Source of the DNA: Azolla caroliniana | Taxonomy: Eukaryota > Plantae > Polypodiophyta | Direction of reading: 5' to 3' | Assembly (NCBI GenBank): GCA_043228905.1 | Contig: JBHGNT010000005.1 | Location: 22,382,001-22,446,000, forward strand | DNA: 64,000 nt | Shown: positions 39,152 to 51,500 of the stretch, in pieces | Layout: each line of letters starts with the position of its first letter | Position numbering within the stretch: the stretch's first letter is position 1 | Translations under genes and position numbers: made by a program | The notes under the pieces: model-generated | The model's database searches: none | What the model saw: only the letters and a program-made list of their open reading frames with translations | Told to the model about the DNA's origin: nothing

Positions 39152-41626
39152 CTTGTCTCTCTATCTCTAATCCAACCCTTTATATAGATCCCAAAACCTA
39201 TCTCCCTCTTGACAACCCTTCCTTGGAAACCCTAACTCTACCAAGGGTTGTTGATGACCTACAAACAAGCCCTAATCCTCCCTAGACTTGGAAACCACTA
39301 ATCTTGATTCAAACCTGAATATTGTTGATTCTTCTATAAGTGGGTGGTTGGCCTTCTTGCGTTTAGGGCCTGAATGTTCTCTTTGGAAGGAGAAGCAGCA
39401 GAAGCAAACCATTCTTGTGCATGTTTTTATTGATATGGTGCAGACCCACATCAGGAAAAATGGATGGAAATCTAACAACAGACCCCCTGAGCTTGGAGAA
39501 GAAGACAAAAAGAAAAAATCAGACTTTGGAAGAGTCTTTCGTTATATAGAACACCTAACCTTCCTCTTTGAGGCTATCTTCCTTTTCTCTTCTTTACACT
39601 TATGGTTCCCCCGGGTCCGTGATCACGCTGGACATATGTTGCGTTCGACACCCATCACTCATATGTCGATCCAATCCATTTGCCCGTCGCACTTCATGTA
39701 ATCCAAAATCTAGAATCCTCGAGCATTAAAATGTTCTATACTCATAAATGCATCGTAACCACAATTTGATAGAGGATCACAATTTGATAGAGGAACTAGA
39801 ATGGCCACACATGGATTGCCTAGAGGTTTTTATAAACCTATGAATGTAAATATCCACAAAAGGCAATATCGAGCATTGTATGTGTGAGAGTTGTTTTTAT
39901 AGTAGAAAAGAAGTAGCTTCAAACCTTGAGGAGACTATTGGTAAGTACACTTACAATTATAGATAGCATTAAGGAAAAGTGAAAGAGCCTTGTGTGAAAA
40001 GACAATTCTTAAAACCCTCTATATATGTGTTGGTGATAGAAATCCGACACTGGCTTATGAGTTTACATCCTCACGAATTGTTGAGTGGTTGAAAAAGGAA
40101 TATAATGATGTGATCCTAGATGGTGACAATGAGAAGCGCTTGTAACTGTGGACATGGTAGCAATGCTCTACTTTTGTAGCTATGATTATAACACATGCAA
40201 TCATATATTATTCCTCCTTTACTGTCCACTTAACTTTGCTACCCACTTCATCCCCAATACAATTTACTTTTTATTGTATATATGTGTCCAAGTGTTCTAT
40301 TTTGAATTGTTCGCTTTGGTTGTAAACTGGTTACCAATGCTCCTTATCACATCTTTATTTCCTTACTAAAAAAGTTATCCTTGGATAAGCCTTAACTTGC
40401 ATTATTCCGTTATCAATGCACCTTGTTTGTTCTTCATGGATCTTGTTTGTCATTGATCCCACCTCCCTATAGTGGAATTAATCATCTGCTTCTGTTCACC
40501 CTTTATCGTAAATAATAGATTTTGTGGAATATATTGTTGTTGATTGACGTTGAATTTATTTCTTGTTGAAAATCCTGTGCAACTTAAAATCATTGTAGCC
40601 TATGTGACTATGGCATTTGGTTGTGTATGGTTTCTAAGTTAAAAATCATAATCATTGCATTCTTTATGTTCTCAACATAAAGATTTTATGTTCTACTTAT
40701 GACCAATAATAATCAATTGGTTATTGTAGCTTTGGTCATTAGTCAAACTAGTAACATTTAAGTGCATAATTTAAATAGTTGGCGAGTATCCCTTTTTCAC
40801 CCAAATGCATTTAAAACCAAAAATAAGTATACTTTAACAAATTGCTCTAAATTCCAAAACCATTTTGTGACATCTAGAAAATGATCGGATGGAGGATATT
40901 CATATAAATTGACAAACAATTACTTCATGATTGCATCAACTCATTGAGTAAACATTATTGAATAATGGTGAGATATCCATTAGAAATTTCAATGTATCCA
41001 TTAATAAGTTAGTTTGGGTGAAGTGGGAACGACTATCAATGCTTACCGAGTGGGGATTAACCCAAAGAACCAATGGATATATAATAGCTCTACCAAGTCC
41101 TTAGAGGAGATCTGCAAGAAGTCCCTCATTGATCATAAATCGAAATGACATGCTAAAAGTGTCAAGCATTATCATCAAATGTATGTATAGGCAAGTTGCA
41201 ACATAAAAAAAAGAGTCCTTTTGTTGATAAGGATTCAAAGTTGCATACTAGAAGCTATAATCTTTTCCCTTAATATCTAGGCAACTTCAACATAATGACT
41301 TCAAAAATTCTTTCTTATTTCACCAAAACTAATTTTGCATTTCACAATCTTGCTTCATTTAGAATGTGAGCAAACCAACACGTCAAATTGTCATACACTA
41401 TAACTTTCACATTCCTTCAATTTGATTTGTTTCTTATGCCTTCTCCGAATTTTAGTAGTATACAGTAATGCAATCCTTGCAACATGATATAAATCCTAGA
41501 TGAATAAGATGTGCTCTCTAATCACTTTATAATTCCGTCTTTATGATTGTGTAGTCACAACAAGAAGTTGAACATATTCAATCTTAGTTCAATATATACC
41601 AAAATAAAAACAAATGTGATGACTTA

Positions 41627-43122
41627 AGGGCCTAGCATGGGGAAAGTTGGCACAAACAGGCCTCCTATCTATAGACGATTGGAGACGCATGGCTGATTCA
41701 GGAAGAGCCCAAGAGGACCTTTTCCCTCCCCTCAAGGGAGCTACGAAAATGCGGAGACTGATAGCTGAGGCAGTTGACAGGGTTCCGATGGGGGAGGCGA
41801 GAGAACATGCATGGTTCGGTCTCTTTGACGAGGCTGGAATGGTCAAGTCGCTAAAGGGCATGAGCGGATTGGGGAGTGATACAGTTTTTGGGGACAACCA
41901 GAGCAACGGCTCTTGGCACCCAATCTGAGTGGTGGCACAGATTGATAACATCTGGAAGACAGACCCGGATGTTGCTAAGGTGGAACCCCATTGGAGGTTA
42001 AGGGTATACGGTTGTCGCCCCCTTGTCGATCTGGATTGGGACCCCGGGGATTTCAGATGGAAACATGACGATAGACTCCACCACTTCTTCGATTACACCA
42101 CTAAATTGGGTCGGACTTTGCAGCTGCAGCCAGGCGGCCCCCTTCGCAACGGCTGGCGAACATTGGGCATCCCCGATGAGGCGCTCATTGCCTTTTGGAA
42201 GGGTCTTTGGCGTCTCCACATGCATGAAAAGATTAAGCTCTTTTGGTGGCAGATTGGTCATAATGTGGTGCCCGTTGGCGAATGGTTAGATAAACGTGGC
42301 GGCCCGTTAGGCTGCCCACTGTGCTCTCTACCTATTGAGTCTCTGAGACATTGTTTGTGGGATTGCCCTCAAGCTCAAAAGGTATGGGATAGAGTGACTC
42401 GCCTCCTTGTGGCATGTGAAGTTGAAGGAACAGCCTCGTGGAGCGCTGCGGCATGGATTGATCACTCGATCGAAGGGTGGATGGACGCCGTCAATGCGGA
42501 TAGTTGGTGCTATGTATGCACGAGAGGCAAAATTGTCAAGATCCGTTTTGAAAGAGGCTTGCAACCCGCATCCCCTAGGTTTCCGGAAATCTGGATGTTG
42601 ATCGCAGGTTTCACCTTGTGGTATATATGGAAAGCGCGTTGCCTCAAGGTCTTCCAAGGTACGGTACGGCCCCCGGAGGAAGTGATCATGGACATATGGT
42701 TTGCGCTTATCAGCTGCCTACGAGGGCAACTAGAAGAGGTTTGCAGCCACTCCAACGACGTGACCACTGCCCGTTTGCGCTTTTGGCAGAAATGGCGGAA
42801 CACACCTATGGTGATGCAAGGCAGGAGTGGCCCGAGGTGGAACTACCAGCCCCCACGTTGGTTGTTTCCTACTCACCTGCCACCCTCTCTTCGGTGTAGG
42901 CCCCAAGAGCCGACTCGTACTAGGCAACATTGAAGGGCATCGCCTTGGATACAGGTAGCTTCTTACATTAAGTTAGGCCGCAAGGCAATGTAAGTGGCTC
43001 ATCTTCTTTGGCTTGATCGGAGGAAGTCTCCCCAATGTGTGTACAAGTCTCCTTATAGACTCTATGTAATAATCCTTCCTAACTAATGGGAAAGTAGCTT
43101 TACTTTGAAAAAAAGAAAAAAG
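41627..43122 (+). mobile_element. 5'-truncated L1-type LINE with A-rich tail and 21-bp TSD
   Basis: TSD AAAAACAAATGTGATGACTTA at 41606-41626 and 43123-43143. A-rich tail ~43108-43122. ORF2 C-terminus (KIKLFWW...CPLC...ESLRHCLWDC zf-RVT; LWYIWKARC) reads in one frame with a single stop at 41926-41928. Confidence 0.93.
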
Positions 43123-43510
43123 AAAAACAAATGTGATGACTTACATGATGCCATTTAATTTTTACTTTGTGGATTCAATACTTTCTTAATCCCAAGGATA
43201 TCGTTGATTCCATAGTAAAGGGTATCGTGCTTTAGAATGTCTACAGAAAGGCCATACTTTAACAAAACTTATTATTTACGCGTGCAAAATCTTCAAGCAT
43301 ATTTTATAAGAGTAAATTAAGGGAATCAATCTTGTTAATAATAAGAATGTTTAGATATTTCCCTTCACATCAAATGAAAAGAAGCACGTACACAATCTGA
43401 TTTCCTTTCATATGGAAGCACGTTATAGGATCATAATATGTCCTTGTGAAAACATTAGGCAAATGATTCATTATGCTACTTGTCTATGGAGATGAGCAGG
43501 TGCTCTTCTC

Positions 43511-44120
43511 ATAGGATCTCAACGCTCTTCAAGGCTTAATTCACATTGTAGACGATTTTTTCATAACGAATGTAGCCCACTAGTGAACTAAGGGAAAATT
43601 AAATGCGTGGAGACAAAGCACTAAGGGATATGTTTACCCATGTCAAATCTCCTCAGATATCAAAATTGCAAATTGTTCCAAATACTTTGGAATGGAATTG
43701 ACGTCCCACCAATTGTAACATGCATAAAACATCAATTGGAAGTCACTCAAGTAAGCTATCGCATGTTTGAATCCAAATGAAGTGTTGATATCCTTTAAAG
43801 ATGGTAGATATAGATATAGGATCTCAACACTCTTTAATGATTCATTCACATTGTAGACAATTTTTTTTGTAAAGAAAATGGCCTACTAGTGAACTCAGGG
43901 AAAATTAAATGCGTGAAGACAATGCACTAAGGGAGATGTTTACACATGCCAAACCTACTAGGGTTATCAAAATTTTGAAATTTTCCAAATACTTTGGAAT
44001 TGACATCCCACCAACTGAAACATGCATAAAACATCGATTGGAAGTCACTCAAGTTAGCTTTCACGTGTTTGAATCCGAATGCAGTGTTCATCGCCTTTAG
44101 ACATTGGTAGATATAGATCA
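43511..44120. repeat. ~305-bp diverged tandem duplication
   Basis: ATAGGATCTCAAC.CTCTT...GGTAGATATAGAT block repeated (starts ~43511 and ~43816). Confidence 0.8.
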
Positions 44121-45044
44121 AACGTTTCTATGCATTGGTAATCTAGAACTTGTAATATGATGCCCCCTTTTTTGGATGAAATACATTGAAAAAGGTACAA
44201 AATGTGTTCTTTTGATGACACCTTGGGGTTAAGGAAACCACACCATACTCTTTATCTACTGCTCCTAGAAATAGGGGTGAGACCCATCAAACTGGTGGGT
44301 TTGATGAGATTCCACGAGAATGTAACTAATGTAAATTACCTAGAGGCAAATCGCCAACCAACCCAATCTTGATGTGATCACTGAACAAATTATAGAAGAT
44401 AAATAAAAGCAAAATTCCCTTATTTAGAGAGGAAAGTGATATTCTCGTGATAAACATCAGGGCCTAAATTTGATGGGTTAGTATCAAAGTTTTTTGGCGG
44501 GCATTTTTTAAAGATGTATGTCATATGACATAAGATTACAAAAACTAACATGTCATTTGACATACAAATTTTAAAAATGAAAAGCTCTATATAAATGCTA
44601 CATTGTTATAGATGTCATTACTATAACACAAATAAACATAACTACCTCACAAAGATAATGAAATACATAAAATAAATATCGTGTTAATGTTTTCACTATT
44701 AAGTATGAAGACAATGTTATTGTTTTGAAAAAATGAAGCTATTTTTTTGGAATAAAGGTGGTTATTTTTTTAGAAAAAAAGGTTATCTTTTTTTAAAAAT
44801 GGTTATTTTATCGAAAAAGAAGTTTAGTAAAAATTTAAGTTTTAACTTAAAACTTAAAACATTAAAATCAAACCTAGAGTTTACACTCTTAGAGTATTTA
44901 ATAAAGGTTATTGTTTAAAATTTCAATCAAATTTAAACTAATATTATTAGTAAAGAATAAAGGTTTAAAAATATATATCATTATTACATGATGATGATAT
45001 TATTTTAAGCATGTTATAAATATATATGTAATATAACTATATTA

Positions 45045-46205
45045 TTATATACATTTCATAGTACATACATATGCATATAGAAGCAATAAGATAACATGTT
45101 GCATCAAATTGGGGCCATTCAATCCTTCTTCTCTTGCAACCTTATTCACCACTTCTTCTAATTTATCAATACATAAGCCAAAGAGTGTGGGTGATAGTGG
45201 ACATCCTTGCTTGACCCCCATGTTACTTAAGAAGTGCTTTGAGAATCCACTATCCATTTTTAGTTGGCATTTAACTTGTTCATATAGGTGTGCAACCGCA
45301 ACTCGGTACGCTAATGGCATGTCAATGGCTACCATTCTATTCCAAAGCTCACTTTGTGGTACGGTATCAAAAGATTTCTTGAAATAAACAAAACAACAAT
45401 AAAGTATTTTTCCTTGTAGTCGACTCTCTTCCATGATTACTCTTAATGTGACCAAATGATCCACGGTGGAGTGTTTTGGTCTAAATCTAGCTTGCCCAAG
45501 TGCTCTTTTGCTTGTACTCTCAGCCCATGTGCTTATCTTTTGCTCCATAATAGTGCTATATAATTTAGCTCACCATTATTGTACGATAATTTGATACTTG
45601 ATTCCTATCTCCAGCTTTAAATATTGGTTTAATCCAATTCATAAGCCAATCATTTGGAAATCCTTGTTTTATAGCTTGCTCTAAAATTGTCATTATCCAA
45701 TGACAAATGTGTGGCATTGTCCATTTTAAAATCTCACTTGAGATGTAGGTTGAATCTATTGCTTTCCCACTTGCCATCTTCTTTATTCCCTTATTGACAT
45801 CATCAATATCGATACATGTAGTGCACGGAGTTTCAATTTTCTCAACCATAGGAGCCAGACCTTCATGCATATATAACCTTTGTACATAGTCTAACATTTC
45901 TTCATTTGTAAAGTGACCTTTCACATCTTCTTTCTTACCCTTGAGTTGTCCCCATGCTAATTTTGGTTTGAGCTTAAACAAGTTTTTCTTTTTCATCTCT
46001 TGCATTTGGAAATATCTTCTTTTCTTTCTCCTCACAACTTTCTTTATATGTGCCATGCAACAATCTTTTCATTCCCCCCTTCTATGGACTTAAACTATTT
46101 GAGATACATCTTACATTCATCGTCGAACCAAGAATTACATGGAAAACTACACACCTTATGCCCACCCACATGTCTCTTAAAGCATTGATATCCAACCTTA
46201 AGGAT
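45045..46205 (-). mobile_element. RTE/RTE-X-like LINE reverse transcriptase remnant
   Basis: NSWFDDECK, KPIFKAGDRNQVSNYRTI, QARFRPKHSTVDH, CFVYFKKSFDTV, GVKQGCPLSPTLF; breaks off at LLYA(DD). Clade assignment is tentative. Confidence 0.8.
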
Positions 46206-47130
46206 TACATGCACATATGCTATGCTACCGAATATCCGAAGGTGTCTCAAATTCGGCTTCCGCCCGAAATACAGCTCATGTGTTAACACCTTGTCAATGA
46301 TCCGGTTTTGGATGTAGACGACCGTCTGGACCGCCTTAGCCCAGTAGAAATGGGGCATGTTCTTCTCCTCCAGCATTGCCCTTGCCGCGTCGACAATCGA
46401 CCGGTTCTTCCTTTCGGCCACGCTGTTTTTCTCCGGTGTGTATCTGCAACTGAATTTTCTCCTAATTCCGTTTTGCTGCAGATAATTGTTGAATTGGTCA
46501 AAAAAGTATTCTTTTCCGCCATCTGACAGCAGGCACTTGATATTCCTCTCTGTTCCCCGTTCAACTAAACTTTGAAGGTTTCAGAAACATTCGAAGACTT
46601 CGTTCTTCCTCTCAATGAGGTAGATCCATGTGTGCCGGTTGTAGTCATCGATGATGGAGACGAAGTATCGACTCCCGCCAAGACTAACGTTTTGTGTCGG
46701 ACCCCATAAATCTGAATGAATTAGGTCGAGCTTGTTATGGCTCCGGTTTTGTTCGGTGGGGAATGGAAGCTGGTGTTGCTTCCCGAGTTGGTAGGCTTCA
46801 ACAATTTCGGCCTTCTGGCCACTGAATTTCGGCAATGCGAACACAACTTGTTTCGATTGTAGGTCTTGAAGCCTCCGGTAATTGACGTTGTCGATCCGCT
46901 TGTGCCAGATATTGATGTCTGATTCAATCTTCTGTCCTTTGGCAAACATGGTGGTGCCTACGTCATTAGTGTTGAGGATGAACATCCTCCCTCTCTGCAC
47001 CCTTGCGCGATTATCCGGCCTTCTTCCTCGATGAAGCAACCGAGGTGTGTAAACTGCACCGACATCCCCTAGTTGACGATTTGTCTAACCAACACCAGGT
47101 TCTTTGTGATAGTTGGAACGTGTAGTATGT

Positions 47131-47820
47131 TGTTGTGCCTTTCGGCTCCGGATCGTTGCGTGAGTCGGGTGGGAACCACTGAGGTTTTGGACTAGGAGAA
47201 AAGAAGATTCTAAGGCAATGAAGAATATGAAATATGTTGTAAGAAAGAAAGATATGAAAAACTCGTGAATCCCACGAGTATAGTGTATTAGTGAGTACTC
47301 AAATTAAGAGAGAAAAATAATTAGCAAATTCGTGAATCCCACGATTATATTATATTAATCCACCCTTGTAAAATAAGCAACAACCCCCATACATCATTCT
47401 CTCCTCCTTATATAAGGATGGAAGAGGCTAAGCATAATTTCATGCTTTTTTCTAAAGTGTTCATGCACACTAAATGTGCATGAGTTGCCTTTTTACACTA
47501 TGCTTTTATTTCCTAAATATAGTGCTCATGCTCGCTAGATGTGCACGAGTCATTTTTTTATTGGTGTACATTTTTCTTATAAATAAAGTATTCACGCACT
47601 CTAAAAAATGCATGACTTTCCTTTTAATAAAGGTCTTATATGTATTAAATCTATATTTAGAACATTTAGGATAAGTTAGTACAATGGTAAGGTTGGGATT
47701 TGTTTATGTGGAGGTATAGGGTTTGAATCCTACCCTATGCACATAATAAATATTTTTAATATTTTATTTTATTGATTATACGTACTTTAAATCGGATATA
47801 GTATTTTACATATTTCACGT
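47131..47820 (-). repeat. gypsy 3' LTR (matches 54193-54882), lacking its first 23 nt
   Basis: Colinear with the 5' LTR over 690 bp, with roughly 15-20 differences counted by eye. Confidence 0.92.
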
Positions 47821-48524
47821 TGTCGTGCCTTTCAGCTCCGGATCGTTGCGTGAGTCGGGTGGGAACCGCCGAGGTTTTGGACTAGGAGGAAGAGGAATAC
47901 AACTTAAGGCTAGTTATGAATAGTAGAAAGAGAAGTAAGATAGCAATCTCGTGAATCCCACGAGTTTAGTGTATTTAAAACAATATTTAGATTATAAGAG
48001 TAATTTAGATGGAAATATTCGTGAATCCCACGAATATATTAGATTGATCAATCCTTGTATATTAATCAACAACCTTATACATATTTCTCTCCTCCTTATA
48101 TAAAGATGGAAGAGGCTAAGCATGGCTTCATGCTTTTTCACCAAAAGTGTCCATGCACACTAAATGTGCATGTGATGCTTTGTCATTTCCTAAGTATAGG
48201 GCTCATGCACGCTAGATGTGCATGAGTCACTTTTAATGTCACGTGTAAATAAAATATTCACACCCTAAAGAATACATGATTTTTACCTTTTAATAAAGCT
48301 ATGTGTAAATAAAGGTCTTATATGTATTAAATCTATATGTATAACACTAAAGATAAGTTATTACAATGGTAAAGTTGAAGTTTATCTATGTGGAGGTGCA
48401 AGGTTTGAATCTTGCCCTATGCACGTGATAAATATTTTGATATATTATTTATTTATTTATATGTATCTAAAATCGGATATATTATTTTATGGTTTTCACG
48501 TAGTGTGTGGAATACACTACGACA
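47821..48524 (-). repeat. extra, diverged LTR of the same gypsy family
   Basis: TGTCGTG...CTACGACA termini; clearly diverged from the other two LTRs; abuts the PPT. Confidence 0.9.
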
Positions 48525-48580
48525 CTCGCCCCCTCCGAACCCGCACATCCTCCGGTATGTGCCGAAGTCCCCGATGCTTG

Positions 48581-51500
48581 CTATTCACCTTCATCCGAAG
48601 CTTCCTCCGATTCTCCCCTTAAGTCGACTATGAGTTGTAATCCACTTTCTTCGCTTCCCGCATCATCGCGATCTTCGTCCGATTGCTCCTTCTTGTCGGT
48701 CTTGTCTAGGATCACATAGGGTTCTTCATCAGTCTGCGTCTTGAAAATCTTCACCCGTTTCCCGGCTATAGGCACTCGTAGCATCGTTCCATCCAACTCG
48801 CATAGTCGGTAAGTTCCGTTGTCGAAAACTTTCCGAACCTCGTATGGCCCAAACCACCTTTTCGCGAACTTCCGCATCGTTGTATGTTGATGATCCAAAC
48901 TACTGTTGTAGACAATCACCCAATCTCCTTCTTCAATCTTCCGCGGTCGTAGTCGGTGCTTTGTGTCGAACCGACTTTTATTCCAGAATCACGCTTCTTG
49001 TTGTCGGCGTATTGCTTCCGCTATGTCTTCCGGTTTTCCCTCTAGTTGTCGTATCCGGACCACTAGTAGTTCTTCCCGACTCATCTCTTCCTCCCACGGT
49101 AGCACTGTCCATGTCGCGATCGCGGTTTCCGTTGGCATCACCGGTGCTTGTCCGGTCATGAGTTCTGCCGACATGTAACCGGTTACGGAGCTATGCGTCG
49201 TCCGATCCGCCCATAGTGCATACGGAAGCATCTGCGACCAATTCTTCATCCTTCCATCGCATGCCTTCACAAGTGCTTTGACAATCGGACTATGTCCTCG
49301 TTCGATCTTCCTGTTAGCTTCTAGATTGTATGCCGTTGTCAGTGTTAACCGAAATCCATGTTTGGTGAAGAATTCCTTAGGTTTATTAGAGTCGAGTTCT
49401 CCCCGATCCGCAATCACTTGTCCTACGCACCCGTACTTGCAAAACACCTCCTCCAAAAGAAATTGGAATACTATAGAACACGTTTTCCTTCGTAACGCCC
49501 GACCTTCTACTTGGTTTGTGAGATCTTCCCGAGCTAACACCAAGTACTTCTTTTGTCCGATTCTGGTTGCATGGCTACAATATCGACCATCCATTTGAAG
49601 TTGATTGTCGGTGAGAATGTTGGATGTAACTCATCTCGGTGTCGAACTCCGGAGTAGATTTGACACTTCTCGCAGCTTTCCGTGAACTCCGCTATATCTT
49701 TGTACATGTTCTTCCACCAATATTTTTGTTTGATTTTCACAAAAGTTGCCCACGTTCCTTGATGTCTAGCCCAATCAGATTCGTGAAATTCGGACATTAT
49801 CTGGTTTCGTTGCTCTTTCGCCCTGACTACTCGAAATGGTATGCTATCCGCTCTTTTCGGATCCCTCCATATTAATCCATTTCTCAAGAAGAACTTTCGG
49901 ACTTGCCGCGTCTTACTTCGGATCTCGGCTCTCTTCTCTTTATTGTCCGATTATTCCTCAATTTCTTGTAGCACTTTCCCGATCAGCAAGCTTTCTCCCT
50001 CGTATTCTTCTTCCCGGAATTCTCGGATTACGTTCACCCGGCATATGTGCTCCGAAGCAAACTAGTCTTCGGAAACTTCTTCATTATCGGATTCGGTTAT
50101 GTCATCTCCGAACAACGCCCTTGATAGCATATCCGCTACCGCGTTTTCTTTTCCGGAGATGTGTCGTACCTCTGAATTAAGCGACTTAACATATGCAATC
50201 CATCTTAGCATAGCCACATCTGGTATCGTGCAACACCACATCATCCCGAGTATTGGAAGACAATCCGTTTTGATCACTACTTCGGCTCCGATCAAATAAT
50301 CTCGATCCGATTTGATTGCCGAGACAACTCCCCATAATTCTCTTTTGACTTGTGCATATCCGCGTTGCCTCTCGTTGAGAACCTTTGCTCCGAATCGGAT
50401 CGGATATCGCGAACCATCCGAGTCGGCTTGATTGATGACCCATCTGATTCCGGTTGGACTTCTGTCAACCGTTACTATGATCGGTCGGTCATAGTTCGGC
50501 TTCTTTAGTGCTTTTGCTCTCCGTAGTGATTTCTTGAGCTTCTTCACGGCTTTGGTATGCTCTGGTTTCCATTCGAACTTCTTACCCTTCCGCAACAAGT
50601 GATAGAGTGGGTTCACAATATGTGCATAGTGCGGAATCCATATGTGATAGAACGCACATGCTCCAAGAAACCTTCGGACTTCGGATTGTGACTCGCATAC
50701 TTCTTTCATAGCTTGAATCGCATCGATCTTGGTTGGTGACGGTCTTCGGCCGTAGGGCCCACATAGATGTCCGACTACCAATATTTCTTCTTGCCCGAAT
50801 GCCGATTTCTCACCGGAAAGTGTTAGGTGCACATCTTCTAATTTTCGAAGCACTTTCTTGCAATCATGAATATGGTCGACTACAAACTTTCGGCATCCCC
50901 GATCATCCATAGTTTCATCTTTTTCTTCTACCGCACATCCTTTCATTGGAATGTCATCTAGGAACGGCATCGTTATCTCCGGAATGCAGTCCCAGAGCAC
51001 CTTGTTCATTGCATTCATCATATGTGCGACCGAGTTTGTTGCGCCTTGTGATAGTGTGCACATACGGACTAATCCTATCGGTGTCCGCATGGTAGTGACG
51101 TCTCAGCTCTCCACGGCTAGTTGGAATTGGTCATATCCGGAGTATAGGTCTCCGATGGAGTATATCGCGCGAGCGGCAAATGCTTCCGCAAATTCGTCCA
51201 CTATCAGACCGACTCCGGAGTTCCGGATCGTGACCTTGTTCACCGGTTGCAAATCTTGAATAAATCGGAGTGACCCATTCTTCTTCGGAACCGTAAACCA
51301 TCGATTTGAGTACGGAGCATTTGATGGCTCTAGAATCCCCATCGCCACCTTCTCCTTGAGCAAGTCGATGACTTTCGGAATATGCACCCGTGGCACCAGA
51401 ATCGGCTTCAGGTTCCACGGCACATGGTCAATCATGAAGATCACCATCCGCTCCACTATCTTCGGATCAACGCACCCTATCTCCTTCGATGTGAATGCAA

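Noticed and set aside
39288-39701. 137-aa ORF divergent from the rhomboid promoter
   Set aside because: TTG start, no recognisable domain and no splice structure.
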